Assembly (NCBI RefSeq): GCF_001194135.2
Contig: NC_068994.1
Span: 41,292,814-41,356,813 of the forward strand
Origin: Octopus bimaculoides
Taxonomy: Eukaryota
Length of the DNA stretch: 64,000 nucleotides
Reading direction: 5' to 3'
Notes under the pieces: generated by a model
Databases searched by the model: none
What the model saw: the letters and a program-made list of their open reading frames with translations, nothing else
Told to the model about the DNA's origin: nothing
In this document: one piece after another, positions 55,401-64,000 of the stretch
Layout: every line of letters begins with the position of its first letter
Numbering within the stretch: the first letter of the stretch is position 1
Program-made: the position numbers and the translations under genes

Positions 55401-57297
55401 AGACAAGCATAATTTATCTGTGGTGTTTTGTTACCCATACTAGCACTACCTACCTCTGTGCCCATTACACAATTTAGTTACTTAGTTAACTCACTTCTTT
55501 AATTGATATATGCTCGCAGACAAGCTAAAGTCATGTTGTAAACTATATATGATGATAACTATGTAACATGATATATTTTTCAACCAGCTCATTTATTTCA
55601 ATTGTAAAGGAATTGGTTACATAATAAATTTAAAATTTATAGAAAATTAACGTCTTTTATGGCAATACATTTAGCTTTTTTAGAATATATTCAAAATTTT
55701 CACAAAATTCTAGAATAGAATTAAATGCTTTCAGTTTGATTCAATTCAATTTTTTGCTTCTGTTTTTTTTCTGATTTATTTTTATTTTTTACTTTTTGCT
55801 TGAATCATCGATGGAGAAAATATTCTCTAATTAGAGACATATTGACAACATTAAGAATATATATATATAAAACATATCTTTCTTGAATATATTTAATGCA
55901 AACTGTAAAATATCTCAAGAAAATAAAACTATGCAATTTTTCTTCATATTTTGATACAACATGGGAAATGGTCCTAACCAGACAGACATGAAGTAAAATT
56001 GATACACTCAACTACATCTTAAATTGCTGTTGTGTACTTAAAACAAACTTCTCTGTATTTGTGAGTGGCTAGTGAGGTATACAATTTTTCCTAAATCTAC
56101 ATTACATTCCATGGTTACCAAAGCCAGAAAAGGGAGTCAGTGATGATAGTTCAAGATGAAATTCGCTTTTTCTTTAGGGCTTGTCATTAAAGAGGTTACA
56201 AATGATAATGAAGGTACTTTGATACATAAACTGACTGATTGATTAGCTAAATGATTAATTGAACAATTGATTGGTCTATAGGTTAAATTGTTAAATAGTT
56301 AAATTGATGAATAATATAGAAATGAAGCTGAACTAATGCATGTGTTTATTATTGGTATAGTGACTGTCTCAAGCTAAAACAAAAATGTGTTTTGGATTTT
56401 AAAAAAAACGATTGATTCTATTATGTTAGAAATCAAACTCCTTACTTTTGTATCTCCTTTCTTTTATATCTCTAGGGATTCTTATGCAAAATAAGAAAGC
56501 CTCATTGAATCTTAACCTTTCACTCTGAAAAGAAATGGAGAGATATTATCAAAAAGAAAACAAAATTGAAAAATATGAAATGCTTAGCTTTGAATATTTT
56601 TCCATAATAATGCTAGATGTCACTTTTAATATAGCATTGGATGTTTCCACTAGCTTCATGTTTGCTTGGCTTCTGAGATAAGCAAACCCAAATGGTTTCA
56701 TGCAATTTTTCATGTTATTACCTCCCTAGAGCCAAATCTAGTTTGATAGTTGCTGTTATTGTTGTTCCTGCTGCTGTTGTTATTGTTGCTAAGCCTCATT
56801 TCAGCATTTATTGACAATTAAAGCCATTTTAGGCATGATCATTCTGCATTTTTTTTCAAACATAATATATCCCAAACAACATAGGTCTAATGTGTTCTTT
56901 CTGTAAAAAGGTAGAGAAAAATTTGGTGGAGATTTGACTCCTATTTCTGTAAGTTCAAATGCTCATGCAAAAGCCCTTTCACTGTCTCGTCTTTCTTTCA
57001 ATGTGACGATATGATAAATCTGAATTGCTTACTGTGTTGGTCCCATATAAATAAATACAAGGTAAATATTTTTGCAAATATCCGGTCCACACTGTAAAGT
57101 GGTTGGCGTTAAGAAGGGCATCCAGCTGTAAAAACCTTGCCAAAACAGACACAGAAGTCTGGTGCAGGTTGCAGCCTGGTCAAATCCTGACAAACTGTCC
57201 AACACATCCCAGCATGGAAGGCTGACATTAAACAATGATGATGATGAGGATGAAAGGCATGGCTATTAAATAAACATCAGAATATTACTGGGACTTA

Positions 57298-58083
57298 CAG
57301 GGTGTCCTAGAACAGGGGTTTTCAAAGTGTGGTCCGCGGACCACAGGGGGTCTGCAAGGACAAGACAGGGGGTCCGTGGACAGCAAATACTTTTTATGGG
57401 CAATTTGATTTTATATATTTTTTTTAATCGAAATCTTTTAATTAACAATAAACCTATTTGTTAAATAAATAAATGTAAAAATATATGTTATTTTAAGCAA
57501 ATATTTATGTATAAATTTCATAAGCGTTTATAAGGGGGTCCCTAAGGTAAAGCCTGAAATATAAAGGGGTCCGCAAGTCAAAAAGTTTGAAAACCCCTGT
57601 CCTAGAAAGATGATATTTCTTAATTACTAAAAATAAATTTAAGGTAGGATAATGAAATTTGGCACACATGTTCTAATGTAAATTGCCAAGCCGTTGCAGT
57701 AATTACATATTAAAATGATCACCTTTCGCCTTGATCATAGCCTGCAAACAAGTGGTCACTGAATTGCATGAGTGTTGTATCACCTCTTCATCCAACTTGA
57801 CCCCTGAAGACAGAAGAGCTTTCTTCAGATCTGATACATTTGAATAGGAGCAAGCAGAAACATTACTCTCTAAGATGGACCAGATAGCAAAGTCCAATCT
57901 GGTCACATTTTGCTTTTGACACCACGTTTGTTTACAAACCTGTTACAGATGAACAAAACAATAGAGACATGAACATATGAAAAGACATATGCAAATCTTT
58001 ATGTAAAATGCAGATAACATTACCTGAACCGATATTCTTTAGGAAGAGTTTTAAACATGGGTAAATCTTTTTGGGACTCCCTG
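57298..58083 (-). mobile_element. Internally deleted maT/mariner-type DNA transposon carrying the transposase C-terminus
   Basis: TA-flanked TIRs CAGGG(T)GTCC...AAAGAT; minus-strand LDFAIWSILESNV...SDLKKAL...LQAMIKAKGDHF*. Confidence 0.8.
57313..57599. mobile_element. hAT (Charlie-like) MITE
   Basis: TIRs CAGGGGTTTTCAAA / TTTGAAAACCCCTG and a perfect 8-bp TSD TCCTAGAA (57305-12, 57600-07). Confidence 0.9.
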
Positions 58084-60279
58084 TATTTTATACATACAAA
58101 CAAATCAAGATAGACAAAAGACCATTTACATTTATTTAGTTTTATCCAAAAGTTGCTACTATAAAGCATTGTTTAGGAGAGTGCTTTGCTGCTTGTATCA
58201 AACTGAGGCCCTTGAAGTGTTCGTCTATGCTGCAAAGAAAAGACACAGAGAAATTACAATTCTACCAAATGGGATTGAGGTGTTTTATTGCATGTGCATA
58301 AAGCAAACTATATGTTTCATTTGTTTCAGTCATTGGACAGTGGTCATGGTGAAGCACTGCCTTTGAGAGTTTAGTCAGATAAATTAATCCCAGAAATTAT
58401 TTTAAAGTCTGGTACCGATTCTATTGGTCTCTTTTTCTCAACCTCTGTAAGTTACAGGGATGTAAATAAACCAACAATGGATGCCAAGCCGTGCAGAGGG
58501 ACAAATGCAAGCACAAAGACACACACATGCACACATGCACTTTCTATCTAACAAATTCACTTACCAGGTATTGGATAGTCTGAGGCTATAGTTGGTGCCA
58601 CAGAGTGGGGCTGAACCTAAAACCACATGGCTTCAAAGCAAGCTTCTTAATGACGCAAGCCATGCCTGCATTATTATGTTTAGGGTAAAGACCCCTTTGG
58701 TCATGGATGACCATGAGATTGCACTCATTTCTACAGCTGAGTAAACTGGAACAACATGAAATAAAGCATCTTGTTCAATTCCAGTCTAGGATTTGAACTC
58801 ACTACCTCATGATTGTGAGTCCGATGCTCTTACCACTGAGCCATAACCTTTCACTCATTATTAAGTATAAACTACTTTAGTATGATATCTGTATAAAGTC
58901 CCTACACTTGTTTTTGTAATGTCTTAGTCTGAGAAAGGCTTCATGAGCAATAATGCTGGATTAAGACACAGCTTTCAAAGATTGTTACCGTGGGTCACTC
59001 AGCCATCTAGATAATCCCCAGAGATTAAATAAACAGTTATTGAAAATAGTATTGGGGTCCTCATAATAGTTTCAGCCCAAGGGAACTGATAAAATTTTAA
59101 TTCTTACATGGGTGTGTGTGATCTGTCATTGTCCACAATCTGTGGATGAATTGTTAATCAAGGGAATGAAATAAAAGCTAATATTTGTCATGAAATTCAA
59201 GATGTGTGTGATTTTAAATGCATAGAATAGTACAGGAGGTAAAGATGATGATGTTGATGACAACGGCAACAACAATGATGTTGGTGGTGGTGGTGGTGAT
59301 TTTATAATGACGTTGATGATGACAGTGATGATGATTCCAAAGATAAAAACGATGAGGATGATGATGATGATGACGACGACGATGACAATGACGATGAGGA
59401 CAACGTTAATGATGGTAGTGGTGGTGGTGGTGGTGAGGAGGAGGAGGACAAGAGAAAGTAAGAAGGCGAAGGAGGAGGAGAAGAAGAAAACGCTGATGAC
59501 GATGAGGATTATAATGATGTGCAACCTATAATTATGGACAGCAATGAAGAAGACTATTTGTACAATGAAATTATTCACCTTGATGGATGATCATGAAGGA
59601 TTATTCAGTGCTGGAGATGAAGAACAGTGTGATTTTTGATAGAATTTTAATGTTTGAAATGTTTTAAGATTTACTATATAATTGTAATTTAAAGTCATAT
59701 AAAAATTTCTATATCTGTTTGCACGCTTAAATAAAACATGCAAATTCATTTAAATTCCCTGTGTTTTTCACTTCGGTATTCATAACCTTAACCCTATTGA
59801 TATCAACCCACTTGAAATCTCCTCTGATTCTATAATATGGTGCATATTCCTTGTTTTAAAGAGATCTCAATTAAAGTTTGCCTTCAAAATTCTGTATTAT
59901 GTTCCATACACCAACTGATTTACGACAAAGTTATTTTACTAAAATCTTCATTATTTTCAAAATTAATTTAATCCTTTGACTGTAGAATGCAGTTTTAGTC
60001 CCCTAGCTTTCAGAAAAAAAACCTTTCCTTATACTTCAAGAAGTGGAGACACCCTCAATGATACTATTCATAGAAGACAATTTTTCAGATTTTCTTTTCA
60101 CATATTGTATTGAATATCACTTTACAGAGCAAGAATCGAATACTTTTAGTGGTGGATATGAAAACCATATTCACAGGAAATGCTAAAATTGTATTGCAGA
60201 AGCAAAATATACGGCAGTTTTACTTTTTAGCAAATAATTAATGTCATTAAGGGAATGACCATGAAATTTACTCACACAG

Positions 60280-60660
60280 CAGCTGTGTGGTAAGAAGCTT
60301 GCTTCCCCACCACATGGTTTGGGGTTCAGTCCTACTGCATGGCACCTTGGGCAAGTGTCTTCTATTATAGCTTCAGGCCAACCAACGCCTTGTGAGAGGA
60401 TTTGGTGTATGGAAACTGAAAGAAGCCCATCATATATATATGTATAGCATGGTTGTGTGGTAAGAAGCTTGCTTCCCAACCACATGGTTCCAGGATCAGT
60501 CCCACTGTGTGACACCCTGGGCAAGTATCTTTTAATGTAGCCTCTGGTCAACCAGAGCCTTGTGAGTGGATTTTGTAGTGGAAGCTGAAAAAAGCTTGTT
60601 GTATATATGTATACAGTTATGTGTGTGTCTTTGTGTCTGTTTGTCCCACACCACATACTA
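60280..60660 (+). mobile_element. Tandem dimer of family C SINE
   Basis: Two consecutive ~165-bp units, each starting gtgtggtaagaagcttgcttccc. Confidence 0.75.
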
Positions 60661-61000
60661 AAGTGAGACACACCGATCTTAAATTATAGCACTCATTATA
60701 TTAAAATGAGAATACAGCTTGTGACTTGCTCATACATCATAACAAAGACTGAGATATAGATCATATTTGTCTCGTTAAAATGAGAAGTAGTGATTATGAT
60801 TCTTTGGTTCACAATAGTAAAGTGTGATTATAGATCATATTTGCCTTGTTCACCACACTAAAGTGTGAAATTCAAATCAAAGTTGCCTTGTACATTAAGA
60901 TGTACAAATCAAAAATGTCTACTTCACACACTCAGGTGTTATATTCAGATAAAAATTGTCTCATCTACCATCTCATTCCCCATGCTTAAATGAGAGGTGT
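60650..61000. repeat. Degenerate ~40-bp minisatellite
   Basis: Recurrent cacactaaagtgtga..tagatcatatttgccttgtt units. Confidence 0.5.
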
Positions 61001-61340
61001 GGATCAAAATTGAGATATAATTTAAGATCTGGATGTCTTGCATAGTACATTTTTTTAAGGTGTAGCACTTATTCTACTTGTACCTTTTGCTGAGCTGAGG
61101 TGTTACAAGGCTATAAACAAACTAACACCGGTTGTCAAGTGGAGGGATGGGGGTGAGGACACACAAACGCAAATATACACACATATTTACATACTTAAAT
61201 ATCTATGTACAAATATATCTATAGCCCTGAGGCTAGTCAAGAATGTACGGTCCATAATATACTTTGGGTCTATGGAAGGAGCAGCTTCTGAGAGAGATGG
61301 ATAATAGAAATATAAATAACAACAGATGGATAATGTGCTG

Positions 61341-61425
61341 ATTCACTACAACTGTTTCCAATAAATTTTTAGTTGATTAACGGGGATATTACATCGTTAT
61401 AAAAAAACATTTTCATCAGGTGAAT
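61341..61425 (-). ncRNA. Inverted second copy of the same hammerhead
   Basis: Minus strand ATTCAC-CTGATGA-...-GGAAA-CAGTTG-TA-GTGAAT; perfect stem I, decayed stem II. Confidence 0.6.
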
Positions 61426-61509
61426 ACATGAACCACAGCAAGGGTGATAGAATCATGAAGATGCACATCTCATTGGCTTTTGAATGTTTTTGAATGCTGT
61501 GGTTCGTGG

Positions 61510-61595
61510 ATTCATCTGATGAAAACGGATTTATCTAATGATGTTAATGTCTCCATTAATCAATAAAAAATTTGTTGGAAACAGCTGTAGTGAAT
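61510..61595 (+). ncRNA. Minimal type-I hammerhead ribozyme (second family), right arm
   Basis: ATTCAT/GTGAAT stem I, CTGATGA (61516-22), AACGGATTT/AAATTTGTT stem II with an A.G juxtaposition at its base, GAAA, palindrome ACAGCTGT, GUA cleavage site. Confidence 0.7.
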
Positions 61596-61614
61596 TGACA
61601 CATTATCCATATGT

Positions 61615-61657
<43 letters not shown>

Positions 61658-62922
61658 TACATACATATAAATACATATATATACATATATACACACACAA
61701 TACACTCACACACACACACATATGTCAAGTTTCCACACATTTTCCATTTACCAAATCCACTCACAAGGTATTGATTGGCTGAGGGTTATAGTACAAGTCA
61801 CTTTCCCAGGTGCCACACAGTGAGACTGAACCTGTGGTTGCAAAGCAACCTTCTTGACCACATACCCATGCTTGCTCCTATACTGGTATTATTACCAGAA
61901 GTTTTTTTTGTTTCCTTTTTATTCAACTAACACATCATTGGGAGTCCTATTACTGATATTGTACTTCAGATTGTTCCTTAAATTTCAGTCCCACCAAACT
62001 AGTATCCATGTAATTATCAATTCTCTCAAGTTTTGGTCTAAAAATCTGGTATAAAAATCTCATTCACAACATTCACATGAATATATACAATAGATGGATA
62101 TCTTGTTTTCAAATTTTGTGGGTCACGTGTATAAAGATGTCTAAATTGTTGATGAAAATATTCTGTATTTAGAATGGCTCCTTCCTCCAACTCAAATATA
62201 TTTATTTATTCATTTATAGGTAACAATTTAAAATGTTGATTTTGATGCTGAGAAAGATATTTAAATCCTCTTCAAAAGAACTACACTGCAACCTATTTAT
62301 GATGTGTCTATAGATTTATGAATTAATGTTATGGTTTTCCAGAGCTTTGAAGAATAAACAAAAAAAAAAAAAAGAAAACCTGCTTTTTATGAGATCTAAC
62401 AAATGACAGACGCTGAGCAGATGATGTCTGTTATTGATAATATAAAAGAGTCAGATCAGAGGCAAGAGAAAGTATTAACTTTTGAATTATTCAGTGACAT
62501 GAAATGTAGCTCTGCGATATTAATAAAGGTGTGAACGACAATGAACATAGCATGTCAGTAAATAAAAATACAATATCTATTAATGAAGATGCTCAATGAA
62601 TGCGGCATGAAGCAGAAGCCATTTGTAATAAAAACATTGCAAACTGCAATTTCTACAGGTCAGTCAACAGTGAACAGTTGGCTGAAGAATAGAGAAAAGA
62701 AAACGACACCCATTATGGACAAGGCAGTTTTTCTGGTTTGTTAAGCAGTATTTCTTGTATCATTTGTATAAAAGTATTTCTCTTTCTATACGTTTACACT
62801 GCTATTGTAGTAGTTGGGTGATTAAGATTTGTGGACTCTTGCCCTATAGGTTGCAAGTTCAAAACCTTTCAAGGAACATTCTTACTTTATGTTATTGTAC
62901 TTTGTATAATAAATTCACCTGC

Positions 62923-63148
62923 TTAACCCTTTAGGATTCAGATTGATCTGTCAAATGTAATGCTTATTTATTCATGTTGTTTTGAATTAATCATTCATTA
63001 TCTTGTAGCTTTAAGATTCCAAAGATGTGATTGCTTATTTTCAAAATGACATTATAAGGTAAGCGTGACAGGCCAGTTCTGGCTAATTTGAACATAAAGT
63101 AGGTGCAATATGTAGACCAGTATGGCTTTTTAAGTGCTAAAGCGTTAA
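62923..63148. mobile_element. piggyBac-like MITE copy
   Basis: TTAA|ccctttaggatt...aagtgctaaagcg|TTAA. Confidence 0.75.
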
Positions 63149-63954
63149 CTTAGCAGATAGGAAAAAGATGGCTTTTATTCCTGTTTAGTATATCCTGGGG
63201 GGAAGTAAACCTCTGTCTTAAAAATTTCTCCTTACCTGGGTGCAGGCATAGTTTTGTTTAAATAACCACTGGATGCCAGTTTCAATCCCACTGGGTAATA
63301 CAATGGGCAAGAGTCTTCTACCTAATCTTCAGGTTGCCCAGTTATATATATATATATATATATCTTTTCTCTTTTATCTTCTATCATTTGCCTGTTTCAA
63401 TCATTAGACTGCAGCCATGCTGGAGCACTACCTTTTAGTCAAATGAATCAACTCCAGTACTTATATTTAAAGCCTGGTACTTATTCTATCGGTCTCTTTT
63501 GTTGAAGTGTTAAGTTACAGGGACATAAACACACTAACACTGGTTGTCAAGACATACACACATAGATATATACATGTATCACTGCTGTCCGATAGCCCCC
63601 ACCCCACCCCACTCTCTATATACCCAGGTTTTCGCCACTCACTCCCCCTCCTCCACACTCTCTAATCATGCTTCTTTTGCCATATCCTGCCACTTATATT
63701 ATGATGTTCAAACCTCACGAGCATGCTCTGGCTCTTGTCACCATCTATATCACTCTCTTCCTTTACTCAAACATTTCATTTTTACTCTGATCTCCATTCC
63801 TTGAGAGTATACCTGGCACTTTGCCACCATCTCTATCCTGCTGCCTCCCACTCTCTCTCTCTCCCCTTTTCCCGCACTTCCCACAAGTTGGGTAACCATG
63901 TATCTCCTTTGCGGCAACACACCTGCTTATGTCTTCATTCTTAATCTCTCCTTC

Positions 63955-63992
<38 letters not shown>

Positions 63993-64000
63993 TTAAAAGT

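Overview
AT-rich, microsatellite-dense eukaryotic (metazoan) DNA with nine N-gaps. The repeat content ((AT)n/(AG)n/(CAT)n arrays, several tRNA-derived SINE families, TTAA- and TA-flanked MITEs) resembles a coleoid cephalopod genome such as Octopus; this is pattern recall, not a database result. No complete protein-coding gene is evident: almost every ORF in the supplied track is a microsatellite or SINE artefact, and only a few isolated candidate exons remain. Recognisable transposon fossils are Tc1 and maT/mariner transposases, R4/Dong, RTE and Penelope (GIY-YIG) retroelements, and hAT, piggyBac-like and mariner MITEs. The most interesting signal is a set of minimal type-I hammerhead ribozyme (HHR) motifs with palindromic helix III, of the kind known from Penelope-like elements. 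One is intact (29015-29075). One family occurs as an inverted pair (61341-61595). One is fused downstream of a tRNA-like Pol III head inside a long palindromic insertion with a 14-bp target-site duplication (36419-36981), i.e. a candidate Penelope-mobilised, ribozyme-bearing SINE. Several decayed copies and a Penelope GIY-YIG remnant lie in the same window.
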